Assembly: GCF_024521635.1 (NCBI RefSeq)
Contig: NW_026250408.1
Coordinates: forward strand, 682,001 to 746,000
Direction: 5' to 3'
DNA: 64,000 bases
Origin: Tricharina praecox
Lineage: Eukaryota
Below the pieces are notes generated by a model. It did no database searches, had not been told where the DNA came from, and worked only from the letters and a program-made list of their open reading frames with translations. Position 1 is the first letter of the stretch. Every line of letters begins with the position of its first letter. The position numbers were made by a program, and so were the translations under genes. Below are positions 51,620 through 64,000 of this stretch, in pieces.

Positions 51620-53855
51620 AGTAGGGATTCTAGCAATCGACCGCCGCCGCTACAGTCGACCCTCATACCGGAATCATCACCAGAAAGCTCCGCTAAATTC
51701 CCTTTCGTCTCCAAGCCGTCTCCAAGCTCGGGACTACGGTAGTTAGCTTCTCTCCCCACCGTGCCCTCTACACACGTCACCATATCTCCCATAGGTTTCA
51801 TCCAGATGTCAACAATGGCGTAGACATGCAAGTGTAGAGAAACGAACCATCGGGAAGGGGGGAAAAGGACAACCCCTTCCGTAGACTCGATCTACCTCTT
51901 CTCAGTGCCCCTAGCATACAAGGGCAACATCCTATGTAACGCCCGCTTCAGGTTCAGCCCAACATTAGCTTTTCGTCGCCATGGCGGCGAGGTCCTCCAT
52001 GCTCAGCACTCATAAATCAGTTGAGAATCAACTATCCTGGGCCCAAGCTACAGAGTAGGTACTGAGTAGGTATCTTGCGAGGTTCGATGCCAGAAGCCGC
52101 TGTTCTTCCATAGAGGATCTGCTTGCGATTGCCGTTCAGGGAGCCTGGAGGGATAGCGACAATCGGTACATCGCCGTGGGAAGGGAATGTTGCGCCACTA
52201 TGTGGAATCGTTGCAGTCTCGGAGTCGGAAGACCAACCAGTGCTCCCCTGGGTAGTGCGGACGCTAAAGCCTCAGGCCCCCAGCCACATCAGCCATAACT
52301 ACCACCATACATACTGTATCTTCCGGATAAGCCGCACACGTGAGGAGACCTCAGACGACTCCTAGGGTAATATCACTCAGGGCTGACATACGGTAGCGAA
52401 GATGTGTGTTGCAGTCTTGCAGAGCGACTGTCGTACCGGTAATGGGAGACGGAACCTCACGAGTCACGAGAGGGTACGATATATATAGTACCGTACAGCT
52501 GTTCCACCGCCACGGAGTCACGGGCAAAGCCTGGCTTCCAAATTTCAATGCGCAGGTAGTTTTGCGCGACGTCTGGCACATCGGATCGTTAGCCGCGCGG
52601 TAGTTAGCCATCTGTGTTAGGTATGTTGTTGAGGCGGCATCACATGAAAGCCCGAGTGCCCACCTCTACAAAACAATCACAATGGAACATCAATCATTCA
52701 ATCCATCGCAATTCTAGGTTCTCTGTTCACCGCCTACGCCAGGACTCAGGCACCTAGGCATGCGAGTGAGCTGCGCCGGTAAATTGGGCGCCAGCACTTC
52801 ACCAAGGTACTCTACTCTACAATCTGCAGTCACCGCCACCGCCTGTTTGCAAGTTGCAGCCTGGTCGGCACGGAATCGGATCAGTCTGCGTAGAGTACCG
52901 GTAACTACTACTACCCAGCATCCGCCACCGACCTGAGAGGTGGGGTGAATTCTACATGTGCTTTCCGGAGGCAGACATGCCACTGGCCAGCCACCGGCCG
53001 AAGCAAACGGCGATGCAGATGGGTATGGATGATGATGATGACTAGTCTGGGACTCAGGGACTCTGGGGGCGAATGAGAGAATGGAGAGTATGTACATCCT
53101 AGATGTTCCGCCCCGGCCCGAACGAAAAAAAACGTGGGAGGAACGATAAGCATCTGGGTATCAGCAACAGCAGCACACCCAACCTGTCAGCATACACACC
53201 TACATCCAGTCGGTTAACTGGCAGGTAGTGCTGCGTGCTTTCGAACCTCTGAAGCTCTGAAGTTCAGGAGCTGAGCCGCGGACTCTTTGTAACTTCACGA
53301 GCTCTGCTGTAGTTAGCAAGCTTCCTGGAGTGCGGGGAAGCCAATGATCGTCCACCACCACCGCCGCCGCCGCCCTCGCCGCCGCCGCCGCTTTAAGTAC
53401 AGCCGCGATGACCGCCGGGCCGACAAAACTCCGCATCCTCCCACCTCCACCTCCACCTCGACGCCCCCCCCCCATCCATCGCATCGGCACAGCCCCACGT
53501 ACATCCGCATGCGTAAACCGCCGGATTGGGTGTGGGTGAGAGCATCAACGCCTCCCACCAGATACGACCGCAAACATCGTCCCACTTTTTAATTTCCGAA
53601 AAAAAACATCAGCTCAGGCTGATCTGTCGGGCTGGCCCCCAGAAACTAAAAAAAAGTCAAAAAAAAAATCGACTGAATGTGGTGTGCTCTTTATTTTTTC
53701 CTGCATTCGTTCGGAAAACAGACTGGATGGAGGGGTCACCAGCTGCACTGAGCTGCACTGAGCTGGAGGGGAAATTCCTACGTGATGCTGCACTGACGTC
53801 GTTTGTCGAGTGGGTTTCCCGTATGTATATGCGTGCGTACAGTACATACGGATTG

Positions 53856-53863
53856 ATATAAAA
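53856..53863 (+). promoter_or_regulatory. Candidate TATA box (ATATAAAA) about 105 bp upstream of the PDC start
   Basis: Consensus match at a plausible distance from the ATG. Confidence 0.5.
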
Positions 53864-53965
53864 ACCGCACCCCGCCCCACCCCGGCGGAGCTCAAAAAAT
53901 TACATTCCCAATCTCAATCCCATCACCACTACCATTGTTTTATCGATAGCAATCAGTTCACTACC

Positions 53966-55911
53966 ATGTCGAAGATCCCCGTCGCTCTATATCTCTACAA
54001 GCGACTCCATGAGCTCGGTGTGAGAGGTGTTCACGGTGTTCCTGTATGTGTTCAAGTTCCGGTGGATGGGGTTGTGGGGATGACGGTTTGGCTGACGAGT
54101 GAAGGGCGACTTCAATTTGGCGGCATTGGACCTTCTGCCCGATGCGGATCTGTACTGGGTCGGCAATTGCAATGAGCTCAATGCTGGTGTGTGTCTCTAA
54201 GACTGGGATTTGAGCTGCGGGCGGGGCGGTGGCTAACGATTGAGGATAGCTTATGCCGCCGACGGATACGCCCGAATCAAGGGAATGTCGGCATTGATCA
54301 CGACGTTCGGAGTTGGTATGTCAATCCTTCCACGAATCCCCCCACCATACGGCGATGCTAACACTCCACCAGGTGAGCTTTCCGCAGTCAATGGAGTAGC
54401 CGGCTCCTACAGCGAGCACGTCCCCGTCTGCCACATCGTCGGCATGCCCAACAGCACCTCCCAGAAGAGCGGCCTCCTCCTGCACCACACTCTCGGCAAC
54501 GGCGACTTCACTGTCTACGCTCGGATGTCGGCGTTCATCTCCGAGGCGACCACGACGCTCCTCGACCCGCACCGCGCCGCCGAAGAGATCGATCGGGTGC
54601 TGCGCACCTGCTGGCTGCGCGCGCGGCCCGTCTATATCGGCCTGCCCACGGACATCGCCTTCCACCAGATCTCCGACGAGCGCCTCAAGACGCCGTTGGA
54701 CCTGTCACTCCCACCTAACGACGCCGAGACCGAGGCCGAGGTGGTCCGCGAGATCGCCGAGCTGATGTACGCCTCCAAGAACACTGTGATCATCTCCGAC
54801 GCCTGCGCCATCCGCCACCGGGTCCTCAGCGAGCTGCACGAGCTCGTCGAGAACACGAAGCTACCCACCTTCGTCTCGCCCATGGGCAAGGGCTCAGTGA
54901 ACGAGACGCACCCGGCGTTCGGCGGCGTGTACTGCGGCGACGTATCGCGCGAGGACGTCAAACGGCGGGTGGAAGCGGCAGAGCTGATCCTGTACGTCGG
55001 CGGTCTCAAATCCGATTTCAACTCGGGCGGCTTCACGTACCGCGTTGAGAAGCGCAACACGGTCGAGTTCCACAGTGACCACATGCAGATCCGCTACAGC
55101 ACGTTCCCCGGCATCCAGATGAACCACGTCCTCCGCAAGCTGATCGACTCCCTCGACTACTCGCGCATTCGCACCACCGAGACCCCCGTCATGGACAACA
55201 TCATCCCCCAGCGCGAACGCCAGAGCATCAGCCAGGAGATCACACACGCCTACTTCTGGCCACGCGTCGGACAGTGGCTGCAGGAGAACGACGTCGTCAT
55301 CACCGAGACGGGCACGTCCAACTTCGGCATCCTCGAGGCGCGGTTCCCCGCGCACGTCACACACATCTCGCAGGTGTTATACGGGAGCATTGGGTACTCG
55401 GTCGGCGCGCTCCAGGGCGCCGCGCTCGCGGTGAACGAGACCGCGCCCTCGCGCCGGGTGATCCTGTTCGTGGGCGACGGCAGTCTGCAGCTCACGGTGC
55501 AAGAGATCGCGACACTGATCCGCCACGGCCTGAAACCCATCATCTTCGTGATCAATAACAACGGCTACACGATCGAGCGGCTGATTCACGGCATGGACGC
55601 GGGATACAACGATATCACCCCCTGGAAACATACGCAGCTCCTGGAGGTCTTTGGCGCTGACCCGGAAAAGAGCAAGAATCACCAGGTCAGGACGAAGACG
55701 GAGGTCGAGGCTCTGTTCCGCAATGAAGAGTTCTCGAGTTGTCCGTATATTCAGGTTAGTCCGCACAACTAATCCCCATAATTGACAGGCAACTGACAGA
55801 TGTTTCTAGCTGGTCGAGCTGTTTATGCCACAGAAGGATGCGCCCAGAGCGCTGATCAAGGTTGGCCAGATCACGGCCAAGAGAAATGCTGCCGTCGGGT
55901 CGGACGCGTAA
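53966..55911 (+). CDS. PDC1: Pyruvate decarboxylase (TPP-dependent); 4 introns
   Basis: Motifs [57 protein letters not shown], and the TPP motif [24 protein letters not shown]. Confidence 0.95.
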
Positions 55912-56867
55912 TGGTTTTTGGGGGGACGTTGGGGAGGACGGAGGACGGAGACGGATATAGAAAAGAAACTACTATAGATCTCGAAGCATCTGGATTGTTG
56001 CGCTGTAGTTATGTATGTGGGAGGAGGATATGTGGATTTTTGGGGTCTTTTCTTGGCTTGTTCTTGTTCTTGTTCTTGTTCTGAGTATAATGTTTGACGA
56101 ATGCGAATGCGAAATGATTTCTATCAAGTTGAAGGTTTTGGTTAGAAGGAGGGGGCTTTGTGTATTGTGTGAATGGTATGGTACAGTGAAAGGAAAAGGA
56201 AGATCGTGATAACAAAGAGAGCTCTACAAACGCCAAGCGTCAGTGCTGAGCTATGTTAGTATGGAATATGTCCGCAAGTGTACACGTGATAAACCAACAC
56301 GACACCGACAATTTACCGAACGATATCGTGTGATTGTCTTTATGCTACATACTACCAACATTTTACCATTTGTCTACAACCAAACACTGCGATTGAGACA
56401 GGCCTCAGCGGTTGGCTCAAACTTCACACCAATAAAAGTAATAATAATAGTAATAGTAATAAATAGACGATATGTCCGACCTGTCCTGTCCTGTCCTGTC
56501 CACCTAGGTACACCCAAAGGAAAAATGAAGGAAAAATGAAAAGATTGAAAGATTGAAAGAAATTGAGATAAAATCAGAGTAACTCCAAATACGCCCCCAA
56601 ACAAAACACAAAAAAGCATGACCCATCCCATCCCATCCCATCCCATCCCACTCCGGTCCGTTCGGATTAGATCAGATCAACGCCGCACCCGCCCCACCCG
56701 CCCACCTATGTACCTAGGTCCTAGGTATGATACTTAACCACCTAGCCCCCACAAGGCGAGACAAAGAAAAACATTCCCAGGCAGAACCCATATATATGAC
56801 AGAGATAGCAAGCAAGCAGTAGTTAGTTTAGTTATATCAGACCAGGGACCAGCCCGTTCCTTTCCTT

Positions 56868-58477
56868 TCAATGGTCGATTCCGACATGTTCATTTTCAAC
56901 AGGTAACTCGATTTCCCACGACGAGGGCTCATAGTCCGTCTCCGCGTGTGTCGCCGCCGTGACCATGGTAGGGACAGTTTCTTGATAGTCTTCGTCATCC
57001 GACTCCTCCTCGTAGTCGTACTCCTCTTCCTCTTCCTCCTCCTCTTCTTCTTCTTCTTCTTCTTCTTCTTCTTCTTCGTCATCATCGGGCGTGGTCAGAA
57101 GAAGACTGACGAATCGGCCGCAGCACACCACCTCGTCAAGGTCCTGGACAATTTTCTTCGACAGCAGGCGCTCCTCGGCGGCGGGAGTCCACAGATTCGA
57201 CAGCTCGTCGACATGTACCTGGGCCAGCTCCGTGACGGATCTTTTGATTTCGTCATCGGGAGTCGAATTCGAGGCCGTGCTCGACGATGGTTGTGCTCTT
57301 GGCGCGGTTACTATTGTAGCCTGGATGGTCGCGGGTTGCGGCGGCGGCGGCGGCGGCGAGGAAGAGGACATGGATGCTACGTTGGCTCCAAATTGCCGGA
57401 TACGCGCCTTCCATTTCCCCTGCTCCTCGTCAAACGTCTCGACGTATTTATCCAGGGCCCTGCGACGTCGGCCATAGCCCTTCATCCGGTACAGGTTGTG
57501 CACCTCCTTTATCCCGCCGTACACCAGCACCTTCGCGAAAGCGTCATTGGAGGGCCGCTGCGATTTCCGGCGGCCAAGCGTGCCGACGAACGGTAGCGAC
57601 GGCGGCGTGAAGCGGCGGAAGAATAGATGCAGCAGCAGGTGGTACATCTGGTGTATGGGCAGCAACATGTTCTCGGGATACTGCGCGATGATGTCGGATT
57701 GGATGTGCATGTTTTCCCGCGACAGCAGGCCCAGGATCGAGAGCTGGTAGTCGTGCGAAGGGTTCGTTCCCACGCGCTGCAGTCGAGCCACGACGTAGTT
57801 TTCAAAGAACTGGAAGAGCGCGAGAACCAGCGGCGCCATGCCCCGTTGGAGGCGCCGCTTCATGCGCTCGTGAAGTTCATGGTCCATATGGCGCCGGTGA
57901 CGGCGCCCCATCATCTCCTTGAGCACTTGCTCGGCCAGGTTCTGGGCTAGATCACTGGCGATCTTCTGCTTGACCGCGAGTTCCGTCACATACTGCAGCG
58001 TGGGCGTTTTCTTTGCGGGCGGGAAGAGCCGCACGACGAAGGAGGGCACACATGAGCGCAAGTAGGAATTTACTAGGTAGCCCTCGTGTGCAATAGTGAG
58101 GTATCGGAACTGGCTGTTCGACTTTCGCAGGTTCAGAATATCCTGCAGCGTTGTGAGATTGATGATTTGGAGCTGGACTTCGACGGGAAGCGCAAAGAAT
58201 CTTTGAGCCAGAGTGATCCTGTTTCTGTATTGTTGTGTGTAAGCCAGGTTTCCCTATGTACTCTATCCGTCTTCCTCCTCCGTCTTCATTCATCTTCATC
58301 TTTCACGAGAGAGGGAACACGATAGAAAGCTTCTAACCTGCTTCTGGCTGTCGAGCACTGCTCCTTTTTTATCCTCGCGCCGAAGATGTTCTTGCTCTGT
58401 CGTGCAAATAGAGCCACTCGAGCATAGATCCTCACAGCCGTCGAGGTGTTTGGCGGACGTCGATGTGTAGAATCCAT
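56868..58477 (-). CDS. F-box domain protein with acidic poly-Glu tail; one intron about 58225-58337
   Basis: Upstream of and in frame with ORF 56868-58061 is RFFALPVEVQLQIINLTTLQDILNLRKSNSQFR, an F-box consensus. A GT-AG intron joins it in frame to ATG 58477. Confidence 0.75.
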
Positions 58478-61400
58478 TGCTTTTCGATTGTTGTTTTTTT
58501 TCCTCGCTTGTGTGATTGTGGTGGGGAATGCAGGAGCTCAGGCAGGTAAGAACGGGGGAAAGCACATGGAAAAGGGAAAAGGGAATGGGAACGGGTTGGT
58601 GGGTTGGACTTATTGTCTCAGGGATCGGGGAGGGGGGGAGGATCCACCCGAGTGAGTTTCCCGGCGAATTGGACTGGGTCGTTTAGATGCCTTCCGTATT
58701 GGCTCAGACAGCGAGATTCCGATGGGGGCAGACCAGCGCAATCCGAAAATTGGACGGTGCTCCTTTCGGTCTGCTAACAGCTATGTATAGCTTCGGTGTA
58801 TGTAATAGTAGTGGTAGTAGTATGGAATGGGCGGATTTTTGGGGATCCAGAACACTCCAAGTTTCCAGCAAACAGATAGTAAAAAGGGCGGACCCAGTTC
58901 GTCTTATGGGGAAAGTGGAGACCGCGTGGATGGATGGATTATGGATGGGCAATCTTTTTCCGTATGCTCCGCCGGAGGGATCGTCTGGGTTCGAAAAAGC
59001 AGAAACAACAGACAGCGGCGGGGGCGGAGGCGGGGGGTGTGTGCGTGCAGCCTGGCCGAGTGAGGTGACAGGCGGAGAGGGTGTGAAGGAAAGAGAAGGA
59101 GGGAAAGGAGGGGAGGAGGAGTGAGGAGAAGGAGAAGGAGAAGGAGAGATCGTAGCTGACGGCACAGGGCCGTCGAGCATGCAGAGCCGATGCGTGTGGG
59201 ATACAGGAGACTCCGTGCGAAGGAAAGTCTATTGTCTACAAAGTTCCCCGTAACCACGACCGTATCCGGAGTATGATACATAAGGCATTGCTAGTACAGT
59301 CTGCGACCACGAACTCTGAGCGGTTCTTCACGATGATTCTCGCGCGTCCAATTCACAGATCGATACTGATGGTTTGTAGCCAGGATGGCATGCTCGAGTC
59401 GCGGCTCGCCTCCCCCGTGCATGAGGAAACCCCGGAATCGCGCCCCAAAGCGACGCTGCAGCATTTGCAAGTACATACATGTGGACTTATGTAGGTACCT
59501 ACAAGGCTACTAACGAGCAGTCTGCAGAATGCTCAGTGCCTACATATTTACATACATACCGTACCTAGCTACTCTTCATACCGTATTCTACACTACTCCA
59601 CTCCACCACTCCACTCCACTCCACCGACTCTGAAGATCTATTCCCAAGAAGGCCCAACTTCCGTGGGTTGGTCTCCGACCGACACGCTAACGGCGTTGGG
59701 CACGGTTCGAAACGGGCGGAGGCGTGGAGTCGACGGGAGGTACCCGGGCTTGGCGTCATGACTGAACCCCCTTCAAAACCGACCTCAAGAGCCGTTGCGC
59801 TTCTCCGTTCGTTCCCGACAGGTGGCGTCATCAACCGAGTACCCAACTGCTATATTCCGAGTACCTACTCTGGACTGCGTCAGGCAGATAGGTAGAGTAC
59901 GGTGTATACATATGAAGAGTAGAGTATCTACTGGCAGTGTACCTGAAGGCATAGTACCTACTCCGTCCACTCTATATAGGAACTCCACAGCACATGAGCC
60001 CGACGACCTCCAGAACCTCCGGAATCCCGAACCCCCCGAAAGCCTCCGCTGCCGCGACTTTGCGACTCCAAACAGCCATCATATCACCCCTATGTAGCTC
60101 GCCCAGAGTACCTATAATAGGCGTTGCGCACATCTCGGACATACCTAGGCGAACCGCCTTCTCCGCCGGCCTATGTAAACGACCTCGACAGCGCACTCGA
60201 TTTGCCACCACGATTCGGATAATTATCGTACCAACCAGTTGGTTCCGCGAGGCAGCGGAGGAGGAGCCAACAGAACCTGATGGTCCTGTAGTTTACGTGG
60301 GAGGAACAGCAGACTCAGCACCGAGTCTTCCTACCGATCGAGACTCCGTCTGGTTTCTGAGGATTCCGGATGTTTGAAATCTGCAAGCTCACACTCCCTC
60401 CTCCTCTTCCTCCTCCTCCGCTTCGTCCTCGTGTTTCGACCTGCAGCATTGGGCTCATGTGTGCATGAATGTCACTGCAGCCCTGAAACCCCGGTTTGCG
60501 GCGGTGATCGCCACCGCTACTTGCTCCGAGTGGAGTCGAGTGGAGTGGAGTAGACTCTAGAGTGCGTTAGGTTGGCATAAGACCTGCCAGGTAGTGAGCA
60601 CTCTAGTGAGTGGGTGGTGTGGTCTCGTGTGTGTGTTTGTGTACGGCCTGCACTCGGGAAGGAACACTTCCCCACGGAGAGAAGGCACATTGCCTACTTC
60701 ATACTGAGTTACTTGTCTACAATTCCATTGCACAAACGACCAGCGACCCCCCATTCCAACTTCTGCGCGGAGTTGTTCGATCCGGCGTGGGCGTGGGGGA
60801 ACCGATAAACAATTTTCACTGCCTAAGAATAATCGAAAAAAGACCTCATACATAGCCTCACACAGTCGGCTGCTTGCACGCACTCACGGGGGGTGGATCG
60901 GAGAAGTCTCTGCCTGTCCGTTGGTGTACATGCCTTTCTCCGCACCTCCGCACCTTCTGCTGAACGAATCGACCATCGCGTGCAGTTCGATTCCCGTCGG
61001 TGACTGTGGTTGGTAGATACAAGGCAAGTACACACAGTCACGAGGTCTTCTTCTCCTGCATGCAACTACGCGAAATCTTCAGGTACATCATACCTACATA
61101 CATGCCTACATACGGTACATACGGTACATACGGTACATACGTGGGCGGCAGTCCAGGAGTCCAGGAGTCCATGCGAGGTACATCCATACATGTGTACCTA
61201 TTGTACATCCATACATAGATCCACCAATGCCCAATGCCCAATGCCCAATGCCCAATGCCCATCGACGTCGTACCAGATACGGTACCGGACATCTACAGAT
61301 CCCAGAGGATCTGTGATGGTATCGTGGAACCCGCATGAACTCTGATCGACGACGACCTGCGATCGACCGCAGGTCGAGGGGTGACGGCGATTCGCAGACT

Positions 61401-64000
61401 CGTATCCTCAATTAGATGCTTGTCTGGTAACTAGGTCTAGATGGATTCATGAGGAGTTTGTACGTATCATACATACGAGTCTGCTCAAAATTCGGCGGTC
61501 AACCGTTCATCACGCTCAGAGTCTCAGGCTTCGGTAGGACTTAGGTAGGACCTAGGTACGGTATCTAGGACCTGTGAATATATATGATCCCGTATTACGA
61601 AGCGGATAGGTACCTTCATACGTGCTCCGATTCAAACTCAGCTGGGGAACACCGGTAAGCACGGGTGGGCAATGCCATCTCGGCGCCGAGGTATGTGTAA
61701 AGCACTCTACTGGTCGTAGTACCACTGGCAACTGCTGCTGAGCTGCGCGAGGAGTCGAGGACCAACGCCGACACTATTCGTGGCCAGTGGCCACCGTCCG
61801 TCCGTCCGTCTGTTTGTCTGTCATTGTCATTTGTTTCCATGAAATCTGGATACCATCCGTCCATCCGTCCGTCCGTGCCTCCGAAGTTCAAACCGCCAAC
61901 ATCCAACATCTTTTATGATATGTACCTACTCTATGTACGGCAGCATTCCATGGCGAAGCCGTGACCAATACCCATCCGCCGAGCGCACACACGGACACAC
62001 ACACCCACTCTCTCCCAATACATCTGCCGTACCCAATGGTATGGTACATAGGCTCGGTAGGTAGAGTGCTCTACCTACATACCATGTCGCCATCCCACCT
62101 GAATGGAGTGCACGAGCCTTCGAGCGGTCGATGTTTGCTTCCCGCGGCAGAACGCATTGTTTCCTTCTCGGCGGCAGGTTCGGAGGCGGGATTCAAATCG
62201 AGAGAGTGAGTTGCGTTGTTCCGCCAATGGAACACTGGAATACCGGTATGTACATACAGTACCGATTACCGCCCATCCTGATGGAAGTTATAACATCGCT
62301 CATATTGGGTATTTACCAGTATTGCCGGTAAATGCCCTACCAAGGAAGATACCTGGGCAGATACCTAACCCGCAAGAAGAGAACTCCGAAAACCCGCGTC
62401 CATACGTTATGTACGCACCTTCTATGTATACGATATGTCAAATCTTATTATTCTTATACCTGCATTCCTACCCAGCCTAGTTGCCGGCCAATCTCGCCAA
62501 CCACCTGGCACCTGGCACCTGCTCTCAAGTCTTCAAAGTTCAACCCAGTCCAACCCAGCAGGATTACCGCATTTTCCACTCTGGCGCGTCACAACCTGTC
62601 AACCGGAGGTCTGGAGGTCTGGAGGTCTGGAGGTCTGGAGCTCGAAGGAGGGCCCGCATAGCCGCTAGTTAGTCAACTGGAGGTAGTATCTCGCGTCATT
62701 TCCGCCCAGAAGCTCGTCGCAATGAAAAGAGCCGTATCCGTATCGAGGCCTTGGGCTTGGAGGTCTTTCTTTCTACTGCATATGATATGTAGGTAATTAT
62801 AGAGTACGGTGGATACGGTGGGTATGTGCGCTGAAGGTCTCGCGACTATCGTAGTTATGTATACCTATAACTAAGCCGGTTCAGCGCCGGTGTTCGAGAT
62901 CAGTCGCAGGCCGTCGCAGACAGTCCCAGGCCGTCGCAGTTGTAGTTACAGCTCGGGCCGTTTGAAAGGGCCGTATGGGTGGCGTTAGGGGGCCGTTAGG
63001 GGGGCGGCCAGCACGTCATGTCGACCTCGAAAACTCCCGCAGCCCGCAGCCCGCTGCCAAAACAGCACGGGTCCGGGTCGGGACTCGGTTGGAGTTCCGA
63101 TCGGTGCCCGGTGCTGCCCCGGTGTCCCGGTGTCCCGTCCGGAAGCGGTCCGTCGTCGGTGCGGGATTGGGGGCTGGCGGGAATAGGCCCCCTGGGAGAC
63201 TGGGCAGTGGGAGTGTAGGTAGGAGGATGGAAATCTTGTCGGGCTGGAGTGCAAGACGTGAGTAACGAAAGAGAGGGAGAGGGAAATCAATTCATTGTCG
63301 GAGACGGACCGTTTATACATAGTACTCTATGGAGGCGGTGATGGTGGCCACGAGCCCGGTATTTCCTGCTGCCCAGCTCCCGCCGGGGGGCTACTTGTCG
63401 CCGTTGGCCCCGTTGCTGCGCCGCTGCTGCCTACTGACGGATTAAGAGAGAGAGAAAACATGACCGTGATCCCCCTAGCTTCATCGTCACGCATAGTATG
63501 TACACGGAGCCCCGCCGAGCACGCCTGTTCGGCTTCGGAGACACCCGCTCCCCTCCTCGGCCGCATCTTCTATCGTCGGGATTTTTCTCCCCCACATCCG
63601 GCGTCCTTGGGTATTGTACCGGTATTCTAGCACTGCGCCATCGGTATAGGGCTCGTCGCCGAACATGTCCGCCATTGACACCGTCTTTTACTTTCTCTTC
63701 TCCCTTCCAGTCTTCTCCTTCATCCTCGTCCACATAGCCGTCCGTTGAGCCACCATTGGTCGCAGTTCTCAAAGAGGTGCTCCGGGTCTTCTTGGCCCGG
63801 TGAGTAACGGAAAACCAATTCTACAGACGGAAGTGGATCACATAAGCGAGTGACATCTTGTGACCTTATATATCACCGCGAACTAGTCCCATTCCGTGCA
63901 CGACCGAGCAAGCATGATGCGGCGCTGCTCGGTGCTCTCTCCAACTATCTCCAGACACCCCTCCACGCCGCACGACCAGCACCTCAACATCACCACCACC

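Noticed and set aside
52070..52100. GGTTCGATGCC, a tRNA T-loop/B-box-like motif
   Set aside because: No cloverleaf or A-box could be built around it.
47288..53965. Telomerase RNA or snRNA in the long intergenic region
   Set aside because: By eye I found no TAACCCTAA template and no U1-U6, SRP or RNase P/MRP signature motifs.
59994..63772. ORFs 59994-60377(+) and 63431-63772(-)
   Set aside because: No recognisable domain or supportable exon chain.

Overview
This is eukaryotic DNA from a filamentous ascomycete (Pezizomycotina; possibly Pezizomycetes, which is an inference). Genes have short introns with CTRAC/CTAAT branch points and are separated by microsatellite-rich spacers. I could model 14 protein-coding genes by hand: a YMC1-type mitochondrial carrier, mitochondrial ribosomal uS2m, SDS23, a Zn2Cys6 transcription factor, GRC3/NOL9, Pol I subunit RPA34, prefoldin 6, VPS4, cytosolic SHMT, an SDR, a prenylcysteine oxidase, the BCK1 MAPKKK, pyruvate decarboxylase and an F-box protein. 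The best hidden feature is a box C/D snoRNA inside the long last intron of SHMT. It is snR52-like, predicted to guide the equivalent of yeast 18S Am420, and has a second guide with no target I could assign. Other observations are an in-frame GC-AG intron that splits the zinc cluster of the C6 factor, a probable GC-AG intron with a competing GT donor in GRC3, a 12-nt microexon, several diverged tandem duplications and a hairpin-dense stretch upstream of PDC. I found no tRNA, rRNA, CRISPR array or recognisable transposon. Exon boundaries were derived by eye and family calls come from recalled motifs, not database searches.
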